Source: an uncultured Eubacteriales bacterium (GTDB lineage Bacteria; Bacillota; Clostridia; Lutisporales; Lutisporaceae). Taken from it: a stretch of 64,000 nucleotides of DNA. The position numbers were made by a program, and so were the translations under genes. The stretch spans positions 2,383,475 through 2,447,474 of the forward strand of contig OY969939.1 of the NCBI GenBank assembly GCA_963704785.1, in the 5' to 3' direction. Of this stretch, positions 37,866 to 47,774 are shown piece after piece (position 1 is the first letter of the stretch; every line of letters starts with the position of its first letter). A model generated the notes under the pieces. That model did no database searches. It was not told the DNA's origin and saw nothing but the letters and a program-made list of their open reading frames with translations.

Positions 37866-39194
37866 TTATTCCTTAATAGACTTATATTTTTCCAGATAGA
37901 ACTCTGAACTTTTATATATTTGAAAAAGAGCATTTATAAGGGCATCTATTTCCTCTTGAGTGTTGTAAACTCCAAAGCTTATACGCACCATGCCAGGATG
38001 AGGTAAATCACTATATCTTATTCTTTTCTTTATGTCTTTTTTTGAAATGTCTAAAAGTCTCTGGACATAAGGTTGAGCGCAGAAACAGCCGTTTCTGACT
38101 GCTATGCCAAACTCGTATGATAGGATAGTTGCCACAATTCTATGTGGTATGTCCTTTATGTTAAATGATATTATACCTAGCCTATCACTACAGTCAGTAG
38201 TATTCCCGTATAATTGTATACCTGGTACAGCTTTAAGCCTGTTTAGAGCATATTCTGTAAGAGCCTTTTCTTTCTTTTCTATATTTATCATACCTATATT
38301 ATTAAAGGTTTTTATTGCTTCTACTAAAGCTACAACGCCTATAACGTTTGGGGTTCCTGCCTCATCTCTCTCTGGTGCATCTGCCCACCTTATATAGTCA
38401 TGGGTAACTAGCTTGATGGTACCGCCGCCTTTATAGTCAGGCTCACCTCTCTGGAAGACCTCCTTAGGACCTATTAGCACACCTATTCCAAAGGGTGCAT
38501 ACATCTTATGTGCGGAGAAAACTAAGTAATCAATATGCTGAGGGGATGAGTCAGGCTTCATATCTAACTCTGCATGAGGCACTAGCTGTGCACCATCCAC
38601 CAATATTTTTGCTCTGTACTTATGGGCTATTTCTGCAATTTCGTGTATGGGATTTAAATAACCTGTGACGTTGGAGGCACCTGCAACTGCCACAAGCTTC
38701 ACTCGACCTTTGTACTCTCTAAGCTTGTATTCCAAGCTTTTGAGGGAAAGTCTACCATTAGAATCTACTGCGATATAGTCAACCTCATAATTACTTCTCC
38801 AAGGCAGGTCGTTGGAGTGATGCTCCATTTCTGTAGACAAAACGACATTTTTATGACTGTTAATATATAATCTATTTGAAAGCTTGTTTATTGCCTCGGT
38901 GGTGTTCTTTACATAAATAACCGTATTTATATCTAAATCTGCCTTTACAAAGCTTGCGACAATTTCTCTAGAATTATCATAAAAATCTGATGAATGCTGA
39001 GATTTGTAGCCTGTACCTCTATGAATTGAGGAATACCAAGGAGAAAAATTATTTACTGCTTGTAAAACAGATGCGAAAGGTGGAGTGGTAGCGGCATTAT
39101 CAAAATTAATACCTGTTACATATTCCCCATTTGATAGAGGTATAGGCGTATTGACTCCCACTACCAATCCTCTGTAGTTGATGCTAGTATCCAT
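37866..39194 (-). CDS. Class-V aminotransferase-fold PLP enzyme (cysteine desulfurase / selenocysteine lyase-like)
   Basis: 442 aa with FSAHKMYAPFGIG (PLP lysine) and a C-terminal RNGCFCAQPY. Confidence 0.65.
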   Translation of the reverse strand: MDTSINYRGLVVGVNTPIPLSNGEYVTGINFDNAATTPPFASVLQAVNNFSPWYSSIHRGTGYKSQHSSDFYDNSREIVASFVKADLDINTVIYVKNTTEAINKLSNRLYINSHKNVVLSTEMEHHSNDLPWRSNYEVDYIAVDSNGRLSLKSLEYKLREYKGRVKLVAVAGASNVTGYLNPIHEIAEIAHKYRAKILVDGAQLVPHAELDMKPDSSPQHIDYLVFSAHKMYAPFGIGVLIGPKEVFQRGEPDYKGGGTIKLVTHDYIRWADAPERDEAGTPNVIGVVALVEAIKTFNNIGMINIEKKEKALTEYALNRLKAVPGIQLYGNTTDCSDRLGIISFNIKDIPHRIVATILSYEFGIAVRNGCFCAQPYVQRLLDISKKDIKKRIRYSDLPHPGMVRISFGVYNTQEEIDALINALFQIYKSSEFYLEKYKSIKE

Positions 39195-39335
39195 ATTATT
39201 CCACTCACCTGCCTAGTTTTTTTGAATTCTATATTATACTATGCAAAAATGGGGAAAAATTGACATAAATGAAACAATATCAAACTTTATAAATTTATGC
39301 TATTATAAGTATAGAAAATTATGGAGGTTGATAAC

Positions 39336-40439
39336 ATGCAGAAACGTATGTTTTGTATACTTTTAGTGCTATTATGTATAATTTTATCTTCCTGTGCATC
39401 AGAGGTTACTCCAAAAGCGGAAGTACCGAAGCCTATAATAGAAACAAAAATAGAGACATCTGAAGCATCGGTTCTGGCTGTAGGTGATATAATGTTTCAT
39501 TTGCCTCAGGTGAAAGAAGCATACACAGATCAGGGCTATGATTTTAGCATGTCATTTGAAAAGGTCAGAAATTTAATAACGCAATCGGATATTACGATAG
39601 CAAATTTTGAGACAAGCATAAATGAGAACAAGAAACTCTCAGGATATCCTCGTTTCAACTCACCTCCTGAGGTTTTGGAGGGTATTAGTAAGACTGGCTT
39701 TGACCTAATGGTAACAGCGAACAATCATTGTATGGATACAGGGGTAGAGGGAGCGGAGAACACTATTGAGCTAATAAAGAAGAATGGGATGATACCCCTA
39801 GGTACAGGTGATAAGCAAAACAAAAGTACAATACAAGAGGTAAATGGGATTAAGCTGGGAATCCTAGCCTACACTACTACAATAAATGGGCTGACTGCAC
39901 CAGAAGGCTTCGTGAGTATGGTAGATGAGGAACAGATAAAAAACGATATTGATGATATAAAAGATAACTGTGATTTTGTTATAGTATATATGCATGCAGG
40001 TATAGAGTATGCCAGAGATGTGTCAGAAGAGCAGGTCAGGCTTTTTAGAGCTGTAGCGGATATGGGGGCAGACTGTGTACTGGGAAGCCACCCTCATGTA
40101 GCACAGAGGTCTGAGCTTTATGATACTAGAGGTAAGAAGGTGCTTATAAACTACTCTATGGGGAACTTCTTATCCAATCAAAACGATAAGTATACTGATA
40201 TAGGCACAATGACAAAGCTGATATTAAAGAAGGAGAACGGAGCAACCTATTTAGCTGATTTTGAAATAATACCAACCTACAGACTAAGATATACAGACAC
40301 AGATGGACAGACCAAAAGGAGAATAATTCTTGCTTCTGATATAGATAAATACAATCGTATTAGTGAGACGGACAAGCAGTATATTAAAGAAGTAGAGAAT
40401 GAGTTGACCAAGCTTCTAAATGAAGATGAAGTGGAGTAG
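39336..40439 (+). CDS. CapA-family (PGA_cap metallophosphatase-like) lipoprotein
   Basis: GGAGG SD 8 nt before the ATG at 39336, lipobox ILSSC, and VGDIMFH, ANFET and NNHCMD motifs. Confidence 0.7.
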   Translation: MQKRMFCILLVLLCIILSSCASEVTPKAEVPKPIIETKIETSEASVLAVGDIMFHLPQVKEAYTDQGYDFSMSFEKVRNLITQSDITIANFETSINENKKLSGYPRFNSPPEVLEGISKTGFDLMVTANNHCMDTGVEGAENTIELIKKNGMIPLGTGDKQNKSTIQEVNGIKLGILAYTTTINGLTAPEGFVSMVDEEQIKNDIDDIKDNCDFVIVYMHAGIEYARDVSEEQVRLFRAVADMGADCVLGSHPHVAQRSELYDTRGKKVLINYSMGNFLSNQNDKYTDIGTMTKLILKKENGATYLADFEIIPTYRLRYTDTDGQTKRRIILASDIDKYNRISETDKQYIKEVENELTKLLNEDEVE

Positions 40440-40456
40440 GAGAGGAAGCAAATAAA

Positions 40457-40954
40457 ATGAATAATCTAAGCTTTGTTTTATATAAAGGAGCAGAATGTAG
40501 CGTTAAAATGATTGACTATGCTGGTAAGCATACGCAGATAGTTTTTAGGGAAGAGACTTTTACTGTATATACTAATAAAAATTATGAAGACAGTAGAAAG
40601 TATAGTGAAGCGGCAAAGCACTTAGAGCTGTGGCTTAGAGAAAAGGCAAAAGAGGCTATTGCGGAGAGAACTATGGAATACAGCAAGGTAATCGGAGTAA
40701 GCTATAACAATATAAGAATCAAGGATACAAAATCAAGATGGGGAAGCTGCTCTAGCAAAGGCAACCTTAATTTTAGCTGGAGAATAATTATGGCACCTGT
40801 TGCTGTGATGGATTATATAATCATACATGAGCTTTGCCATTTAATACATATGAATCATTCAAAGGAGTACTGGGAAACCGTGGAGCAGTATATGCCTGAT
40901 TACAAAAGGCATAAGGAATGGTTAAAGGTAAATGGCGCAAAGCTTCGCATATAG
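40457..40954 (+). CDS. YgjP/DUF45-type (M48-like) metallopeptidase
   Basis: WGSCSSKGNLNFSW and the HELCHLIHMNHS zinc motif. Confidence 0.7.
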   Translation: MNNLSFVLYKGAECSVKMIDYAGKHTQIVFREETFTVYTNKNYEDSRKYSEAAKHLELWLREKAKEAIAERTMEYSKVIGVSYNNIRIKDTKSRWGSCSSKGNLNFSWRIIMAPVAVMDYIIIHELCHLIHMNHSKEYWETVEQYMPDYKRHKEWLKVNGAKLRI

Positions 40955-40962
40955 TAAAATAA

Positions 40963-40993
40963 CAGGAAGACATTTTATTTGTTTGTCTTCCTG
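40963..40993. terminator. Bidirectional terminator
   Basis: CAGGAAGACA-N11-TGTCTTCCTG followed by ATTTTTTTT. Confidence 0.65.
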
Positions 40994-40999
40994 ATTTTT

Positions 41000-41383
41000 T
41001 TATTTAATTTGTCCATGTATCTCAATAGCAGCAGTTTCTAAAATTTTATTTTTTTCGTCAACAAAAACAATTTTTGGCTTTAGATTGCGTGCTTCTTCTT
41101 CTGTTACCCAGCAGTACGCTATGATTATAACATTATCTCCGGGCTGTACAAGTCTAGCAGCTGCACCATTAAGACAAATTACTCCGCTGTCTGCCGCGCC
41201 TTCAATTACATAGGTTTCCAATCTTGCACCATTATAGTTATTAACTATCTGTACCTTTTCTCCAGGCAGAATGTTGGAAGCCTCCATCAAGGTTTTGTCT
41301 ATAGTTATGCTACCAACATAGTTGAGATTTGCCTCAGTTACAGTGGCACGATGGATTTTTGATTTATACATATTTAAAAGCAT
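41000..41383 (-). CDS. panD: Aspartate 1-decarboxylase
   Basis: [25 protein letters not shown], including the self-processing GS site. Confidence 0.9.
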   Translation of the reverse strand: MLLNMYKSKIHRATVTEANLNYVGSITIDKTLMEASNILPGEKVQIVNNYNGARLETYVIEGAADSGVICLNGAAARLVQPGDNVIIIAYCWVTEEEARNLKPKIVFVDEKNKILETAAIEIHGQIK

Positions 41384-41385
41384 TT

Positions 41386-42231
41386 TTATACCTCCGCTCG
41401 GATATTGTCTATTAGTCTTGTTTTACCAAATCTTACGGCAAGTGCTATTAAAATGCTGCCTTTTAAAGCAGTAATATTATCTAAGGTAACTGCATCAACT
41501 ATCTCTACATAATCAATATCAGCCAAAGGTTCACTGTTGATCGAAGCAACAATAATTTTTTTAAGCTCAGTAGCATCCTTGTAGCCACCTTTTATCATTT
41601 CCTTTGCAGCAAAAAGAGATTTTGATAATATCAATGCTGCTTTCCTTTGCTCTATAGTCAAATATGTATTTCTTGAGCTCAATGCTAGTCCATCTTCTTC
41701 TCTTACAATAGGACATGGTACTATTTCTACATTCATATTTAAATCCTTGACCATTTTTTGTAGAACTGCTACTTGCTGTGCATCCTTTTGACCAAAGTAT
41801 GCCTTATCAGGCTGTACTATGTTAAAAAGCTTGTTTACTACAGTGGCAACTCCTCTAAAGTGAATTGGTCTGGAAATTCCACAAAGTTTTTTTGTTATTT
41901 CCTCAACCTCAACATATGTTAGATATTTTCCTGGATACATTTCCTCTACAGACGGATGGAAAATTATATCAGCACCAGCTGTTTCAGATAGCCTTGCATC
42001 TCTATCTAAATCTCTAGGATATGACTCAAGGTCTTCTCCTACTCCAAACTGTGTAGGATTAACAAATATGCTGACTACAACAAAGTCATTATCCTTTTTA
42101 GCAGCCTGTATAAGAGAAAGGTGTCCTTGATGAAGGTAGCCCATGGTAGGTACAAAGCCTATCGATTTTCCAGCCTTCCTATTGCTCTTTATTATGTCTT
42201 TTAATTCTTTTATTGTTTCTACTATTTTCAT
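41386..42231 (-). CDS. panC: Pantoate--beta-alanine ligase
   Basis: [16 protein letters not shown] and FGQKDAQQ motifs. Confidence 0.9.
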   Translation of the reverse strand: MKIVETIKELKDIIKSNRKAGKSIGFVPTMGYLHQGHLSLIQAAKKDNDFVVVSIFVNPTQFGVGEDLESYPRDLDRDARLSETAGADIIFHPSVEEMYPGKYLTYVEVEEITKKLCGISRPIHFRGVATVVNKLFNIVQPDKAYFGQKDAQQVAVLQKMVKDLNMNVEIVPCPIVREEDGLALSSRNTYLTIEQRKAALILSKSLFAAKEMIKGGYKDATELKKIIVASINSEPLADIDYVEIVDAVTLDNITALKGSILIALAVRFGKTRLIDNIRAEV

Positions 42232-42244
42232 ATTGTACCTCCAG

Positions 42245-43081
42245 TTAATATAGTTTTGTTAGTATTTCATGATCTATATGAAAAGAATGCTCTTCACTTG
42301 GAAACTCTTGACCTTCTACCTCTGACATATACTGCTTGCAAGCATCCTTAATAGCATTTCCCATCTGTGCATATTCCTTTACAAACTTAGGTTTAAGGTC
42401 AGTATACATACCCAGCATATCCTGTGAAACCAATACCTGACCATCACAGCCTGCACCCGCGCCAATACCGATAGTAGGAATTTGTAATCTCTCACTTATT
42501 AGCGTTGCAACCTTTGCTGGCACACATTCAAGTACAATGGCAAAAACACCTGCTTGTTGAAGCAACTCGGCATCTTCAATCATCTTTTCTATCTGTTCTA
42601 GGTTGGTACCTTGTATCTTATAGCCGCCCAAAACATTAATAGATTGAGGGGTAAGCCCTAGATGTCCCATTACTGGGATTTGAGCTCTTACTATTGCCTT
42701 AACCATATCTATTATGTTTGCTCCGCCCTCTAGCTTGACTGCGCTGGCTCCACCTTCTTGAATCAGACGTCCTGCATTTCTGACACTTTCCTCTATGCTA
42801 ATATGATAGGACAGGAAAGGCATGTCTGCTACGACCATAGATCTTTTGGCTCCTCTTACTACAGCCTTAGTATGATGTATTATATCATCCACTGTAACTT
42901 GAAGTGTGCTTTCATATCCAAGCATAACCATTCCAAGGGAATCTCCTACCAGTAAGGAGTCAATGCCTGCTTCGTCTAAAAGCTTTGCGGTAGTGTAATC
43001 ATAAGCTGTTAGCATTGTTATTTTTTTACCATCTTTTTTAGCTTTTAAAAAGCTTATAGTTGTAAATTTATTGTTACTCAT
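42245..43081 (-). CDS. panB: 3-methyl-2-oxobutanoate hydroxymethyltransferase
   Basis: LTAYDY, VGDSLGMV and VKLEGG motifs. Confidence 0.9.
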   Translation of the reverse strand: MSNNKFTTISFLKAKKDGKKITMLTAYDYTTAKLLDEAGIDSLLVGDSLGMVMLGYESTLQVTVDDIIHHTKAVVRGAKRSMVVADMPFLSYHISIEESVRNAGRLIQEGGASAVKLEGGANIIDMVKAIVRAQIPVMGHLGLTPQSINVLGGYKIQGTNLEQIEKMIEDAELLQQAGVFAIVLECVPAKVATLISERLQIPTIGIGAGAGCDGQVLVSQDMLGMYTDLKPKFVKEYAQMGNAIKDACKQYMSEVEGQEFPSEEHSFHIDHEILTKLY

Positions 43082-43102
43082 AAATTTATCTCCTATCTAT
43101 AT

Positions 43103-43966
43103 TTAAGATTTAATTATTGCTCTTAATTTATCAATTTCTTCATTATCCTGTAGCTTAGCTTCTGAGGCTAGCTCTATGGTTTCTGCTGCCAAATGAGTAA
43201 ACAAACTTAGTTGCTCAGGTGAAGTCGAGCTTATAGCATCAAGCTGTTTTGACAATGTTGCTCCATCACCTCTAGATATTGGTCCTGTTAAAGCATTTTC
43301 TGTTCCAAATGCCAAAATGTTTTGTATAGTGCTGTTTATTAAAGGTAGCATAGCTCTAAAGGCTGTTTCCTGCTCGATATTAATGCCTTCCATTAGCTTA
43401 AGTCCACTGTGAATTAATGTTACCAGATAATTTGAAACCATACATGCAGAGGCGTGATATAGAGTCTTCTGCTCTGGCTTAAGCTTGAAATATTTATTGC
43501 CTAAAACTTGGAGCATTTGCTCAAGCTCTGGCATTTTCTCTTCATCACCTTCTATACAAAAATAAGAGCTTTTTAAAGCTTCTGCTGACTTTTCTTTATC
43601 TGCAAAGGACATAAGAGGATGCATTGAATATACATTGCATCCAAACGCTTTTAGCGGGCTTAATATTGTTGAGGGAAGTGCACCGCTAGTATGTATGATC
43701 ATCTGATTTGGCTTTAAGCAGCTATCTTTAAAAAGCTGACGTACAACATTTTCTATTTCATCATCATTGGTTGTTATAAATATAAGCTCCGAGGCTTCTG
43801 CAAGCTGTTTTTGTGTATCAAAACAATTACTTTGTGTTAGCAATGCTGACTGCTTACTAGATTTTTCAGATCTGCTAAAATATCCGGATATCAAAAATCC
43901 ATTTAATTTAAGGTAAATGCCTAGGGCAGTACCAACCTTACCTGCACCGATAAAGCCAATGCTCAT
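43103..43966 (-). CDS. Rossmann-fold / DUF2520 protein, first gene of the pan operon (possible alternative ketopantoate reductase)
   Basis: GGAAGGGAG SD and ATG at 43966. N-terminus MSIGFIGAGKVGTALG. The DUF2520-like C-terminal part contains LTGPISRGD. Confidence 0.6.
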   Translation of the reverse strand: MSIGFIGAGKVGTALGIYLKLNGFLISGYFSRSEKSSKQSALLTQSNCFDTQKQLAEASELIFITTNDDEIENVVRQLFKDSCLKPNQMIIHTSGALPSTILSPLKAFGCNVYSMHPLMSFADKEKSAEALKSSYFCIEGDEEKMPELEQMLQVLGNKYFKLKPEQKTLYHASACMVSNYLVTLIHSGLKLMEGINIEQETAFRAMLPLINSTIQNILAFGTENALTGPISRGDGATLSKQLDAISSTSPEQLSLFTHLAAETIELASEAKLQDNEEIDKLRAIIKS

Positions 43967-44265
43967 AAAAAACACTCCCTTCCAGCTCCATAGAAAAGCA
44001 GGAAAAGAGTGATGTTTTTACCATGCAAAACACTATTCTAGTCCCTGTCCCTAAGGATCAAAGCAGATTTTGAAAAATTTTGTTACAAAATGGTATAACT
44101 CCTTATGGATGTCACCCATTTTGATTTTAGCATATGGATTAATTCATTACAATATTTATAATAATAAATATACAGCTTTCCTTTGTTACTTTGTCATTAG
44201 GATGTATTATGATATATTATAAAAGAAGAAAACACAAAGAATAAATATTACTAAAGGTGAGATAT

Positions 44266-45219
44266 ATGAAAACATGGAATGATAAGCGATATAACAATTT
44301 AAACTATTATTTGCGTAATAAATTTGGAGAAAAGGTATACAAAATATCCTTAGATGCAGGCTTTTCGTGTCCTAACAGAGACGGTACAATATCGACAGGA
44401 GGTTGTATTTTTTGCAGTGCCAGAGGTTCTGGAGATTTCGCAGGTATAAATAAGGATTTGATAAAGCAGTTTGAAGAAGTAAAGACAATGATGCAGAAAA
44501 AGTGGAAAAACGGAAAATATATAGCATACTTTCAAGCATACACAAACACTTATGCAGATGTAAAAACTCTTAAAGAAAAATATTATAGTGTTTTAAAGCT
44601 TGAAGATGTGGTAGGCATTGCCATTGCAACCCGACCTGACTGTCTTGAAGAACCTATACTTGACTTACTAGAAGAAACAAGTAAGGAAAAGTATCTTTGG
44701 GTTGAGCTAGGACTACAAACAATACATGAAAAAACAGCTAATACTATAAACAGAGGTTATGAGCTGGAAACTTATATAAAAGCAGTTAAGGAGTTAAAAA
44801 AGAGAAATATTGAAGTAGTTACACATGTGATTTTGGGACTTCAAGGAGAGAATAAGGCTGATGTACTGGATACAATTGACTTCGTTGCTAATACTGGTAC
44901 TCAAGGCATAAAGTTGCATTTATTACATGTACTAACAGATTCAAGACTTGCGAAGTTATACGATGAAGGCTCACTAGATATAATGAGCAAGGATGAGTAT
45001 GTAGAGTTGGTTGTGGATTGTATACAACGTCTGCCAGAAGATATTGTAATTCACAGGCTCACAGGAGATGGAGCAAGAGAAACTCTGATAGCTCCCCAAT
45101 GGAGTTTGAAAAAATGGGAGGTTATTAATGCTATTGAGCATGAAATAATGGAGCGCAGCACATGGCAGGGTGAAAAATATGTAAAAAATCAAGATATATG
45201 GGAAGTATTTGAAGTGTAG
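44266..45219 (+). CDS. TIGR01212-type radical SAM protein (YtqA-like)
   Basis: SLDAGFSCPNRDGT..GGCIFCS, the variant Cys motif of this family. Confidence 0.7.
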   Translation: MKTWNDKRYNNLNYYLRNKFGEKVYKISLDAGFSCPNRDGTISTGGCIFCSARGSGDFAGINKDLIKQFEEVKTMMQKKWKNGKYIAYFQAYTNTYADVKTLKEKYYSVLKLEDVVGIAIATRPDCLEEPILDLLEETSKEKYLWVELGLQTIHEKTANTINRGYELETYIKAVKELKKRNIEVVTHVILGLQGENKADVLDTIDFVANTGTQGIKLHLLHVLTDSRLAKLYDEGSLDIMSKDEYVELVVDCIQRLPEDIVIHRLTGDGARETLIAPQWSLKKWEVINAIEHEIMERSTWQGEKYVKNQDIWEVFEV

Positions 45220-45228
45220 GAAAGTAAT

Positions 45229-45271
45229 ATGGTGACAATGACATGTATTTTGCATGTGTTATTGTCACCAT
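45229..45271. terminator. Bidirectional terminator
   Basis: ATGGTGACAAT...ATTGTCACCAT with an inner ACATG/CATGT extension. Confidence 0.65.
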
Positions 45272-45284
45272 TGTTTATTTATTA

Positions 45285-47165
45285 TTAACCTCTTTCTTTG
45301 AACAGTTCTACCATCCCATCAATAAGCTTGTTCAGACCATGTTTTTCAAAAAAATCTTGATACTCCTCTGACGAATTAAAATCATTAATACTAGAACTAA
45401 CTATGTAAACATGAATAAGAATATCTTTATCAGTAAATTCAGTTTCTAGTAGTTTTGAATTATCCTCTGTTTTAATTACACAGTAATTATTTTTACCTAT
45501 TTTCTGAACCTTTGACTTATCATTAGCTATGTATTCAGCAAATTCTCTATTATATAACTGCATTTCTTGAGTGCTTTCTGTTTTATAGGTGGTAAATGAA
45601 ACTGTGCATGGTGGCATACTTAGTGTATTAAATTGAAAGTAGCGGATATCTGAAATATCGTTTGGTTCCTGTCTTGGCTTTGCAGGATCAGTCATCTCAA
45701 ACATACCGATTCTTGACATTATGCTTATAGTAGCTTGATTAGAATCTAAAAAATCCAATTTGCAGCTGAACCTTTCTTCAAAATCAGAAGGAGCCATAGC
45801 CATGTCTGAGCTATCTTCACTTACATTGCCACTAGATGTTTTTGGTAATTCCATTTTATCTATGCTTATTGTGCTAATAGTGTTCTCAATGCAAGTAGCA
45901 AGCTTCTCGGCAATTTCGGATAAAAAGGTAGTATTGATTTTGTCAGGGGTGTCTTCTAGAGAATGAGTATAGCTTTTATTTAAATCTGGAACAGTTGTAA
46001 AGCATACAGCGTGCGGAAATGTTTTATGGTCACTGATAAAATCTTCCTTATATGATTCCACATTTATATTTTGCGCTTTTAGATTATCAATTATTTTTTC
46101 TGATGCTTCCTTCGATTCAACAGTTTCATTGACTAGTATATAAAGACTAGAGCTGTCACTGTTTCCTAAGCAATCAAGGTTAATGTCAAATACAGAAGTG
46201 TATTTACCCTTTATATATTCTAAGAAGTAGCTGCTACCTCTCGGGGTAAGCAATTTTTCTTCTTCGTTAAAGGCACAAAATATAATGTCGCAGGGTGGCT
46301 TACTGTTACTATATACTTTCTTCAAGTATCTTGCGGTTTCAAGCATTGTAGAAACGCCAGATGAATTGTCTAATGCACCTCTCCATATAAAATAGTTTTC
46401 ATCGCCAGCTTTGCCTATACTTCCTATATGGTCAAAGTGGGCACTTATAAGAAGTGCACTATTATGGTTTTCCCCCTCAATGACACTGGCTATATTATTG
46501 CACTCCTTTTCTTGAATATCGATATCAGTACTAAAATGTATGATTTTCCCTATATTGCTTTGGAGCATATTATATGTCTCCACTGTAACCCTTATTAGTG
46601 GTATACATCCTTTAGAGTAGAACTCTGAAGGCTTTGAATACTTCTTCGGAGCTTTAAAAATTATCATCTTAGTATGGACATCTTTATTGTATTCAGCTAT
46701 ATTTTGAATATTATCTGTCAGCACTATACAGTCTGTGTTAGAGGGTTCGTTATATAAAGGCAGTGAAATATCTGCATCATCCAAATGTACCTCGACATAA
46801 TCCTTACCATATACAAATGCATGGACTGGTTTCCCTTTGTCAATCAACTCTAAGTTTATTCTACCGATACTTTCTATATTCTTTTTATATGGAATATGAT
46901 AAGCATTATCCAAAGTGGCTAAGGACATCTCTTTAAACTGACTGGCAATATAGTCTGCAGCATTTTTATTGCCATCTGTACCAGACTGCCTTCCTCCGCA
47001 TTCATCGGAGCAAAGGTATTCCAGATTCTTTGATATCTGATCTGTATTCTGCTCTTGCAGAGAGATAGGTGTTTGATTGTTACTTACTTCTTTGCTGCAG
47101 GATATAGTAAAACTGCACAAAATCATAAGTAGAATTAGAAGGTTTTTTGATGTTTTTTTCGACAT
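45285..47165 (-). CDS. M28-family metallopeptidase lipoprotein
   Basis: 626 aa, lipobox FTISC, and SAHFDH, GALDNSSGV and FNEEE zinc-ligand motifs. Confidence 0.7.
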   Translation of the reverse strand: MSKKTSKNLLILLMILCSFTISCSKEVSNNQTPISLQEQNTDQISKNLEYLCSDECGGRQSGTDGNKNAADYIASQFKEMSLATLDNAYHIPYKKNIESIGRINLELIDKGKPVHAFVYGKDYVEVHLDDADISLPLYNEPSNTDCIVLTDNIQNIAEYNKDVHTKMIIFKAPKKYSKPSEFYSKGCIPLIRVTVETYNMLQSNIGKIIHFSTDIDIQEKECNNIASVIEGENHNSALLISAHFDHIGSIGKAGDENYFIWRGALDNSSGVSTMLETARYLKKVYSNSKPPCDIIFCAFNEEEKLLTPRGSSYFLEYIKGKYTSVFDINLDCLGNSDSSSLYILVNETVESKEASEKIIDNLKAQNINVESYKEDFISDHKTFPHAVCFTTVPDLNKSYTHSLEDTPDKINTTFLSEIAEKLATCIENTISTISIDKMELPKTSSGNVSEDSSDMAMAPSDFEERFSCKLDFLDSNQATISIMSRIGMFEMTDPAKPRQEPNDISDIRYFQFNTLSMPPCTVSFTTYKTESTQEMQLYNREFAEYIANDKSKVQKIGKNNYCVIKTEDNSKLLETEFTDKDILIHVYIVSSSINDFNSSEEYQDFFEKHGLNKLIDGMVELFKERG

Positions 47166-47247
47166 AATGTTATCCTTTCCAATTAGATTGTTTTGATTTT
47201 AGAATACATAGATTAATATTGACAATGAAATTATCTAAATAATAAAG

Positions 47248-47282
47248 TTTTGGTAAACCTTATTTTACAAGGTTTACCAAAA
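47248..47282. terminator. Hairpin terminator downstream of the 47314-47679 gene
   Basis: 14-bp stem TTTTGGTAAACCTT/AAGGTTTACCAAAA. Confidence 0.55.
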
Positions 47283-47313
47283 CTTATTTTTAAAGAGATT
47301 TTATAATTATTTT

Positions 47314-47679
47314 CTAGTATGTAGAACAATGTCTGTAATCATACTCTGGCGTTGTAATAGAGAAACCATAACTGCAAGTACTGCATCTATATGTTGTCAT
47401 TTTAGTTCTAGACCATTTTTCAATTGCACAGTGGGTATGTGTAGTGCATACTGTCATTTCTCCTGTATATGACCATGCAGTATAATAAATATCCGTAATA
47501 TTAAGAGTATAAGAACCACATTCTGGGCAGTTTATTCCTCTAGTTACTTCTTCAATAGCTTGTTGCTCTACATTATAATTTGTGACAGATTCACTTGTGT
47601 TTGCATATGAAACTGTACTAAAGCATAAAGTTAAAATCAGAGCAAGAACTATTGGTAAAAATGTTTTAATTTTTTTCAT
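47314..47679 (-). CDS. Small secreted Cys-rich protein
   Basis: 121 aa with GGAGGTG SD and signal peptide ...STVSYA. Two CxxC knuckles (CPECGS, CSTCSY) plus further Cys/His residues. Confidence 0.5.
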   Translation of the reverse strand: MKKIKTFLPIVLALILTLCFSTVSYANTSESVTNYNVEQQAIEEVTRGINCPECGSYTLNITDIYYTAWSYTGEMTVCTTHTHCAIEKWSRTKMTTYRCSTCSYGFSITTPEYDYRHCSTY

Positions 47680-47720
47680 TATGTCACCTCCATTAATTAT
47701 ATATTATATATAATTATAAC

Positions 47721-47774
47721 TTTATATACTACATTTGTAAAATATGAGTATATATGTGTACAAGCTGTATAACT
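47721..47774 (+). repeat. 54-bp direct repeat flanking the IS (left)
   Basis: TTTATATACTACATTTGTAAAATATGAGTATATATGTGTACAAGCTGTATAACT, identical to 49760-49813. Confidence 0.9.
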
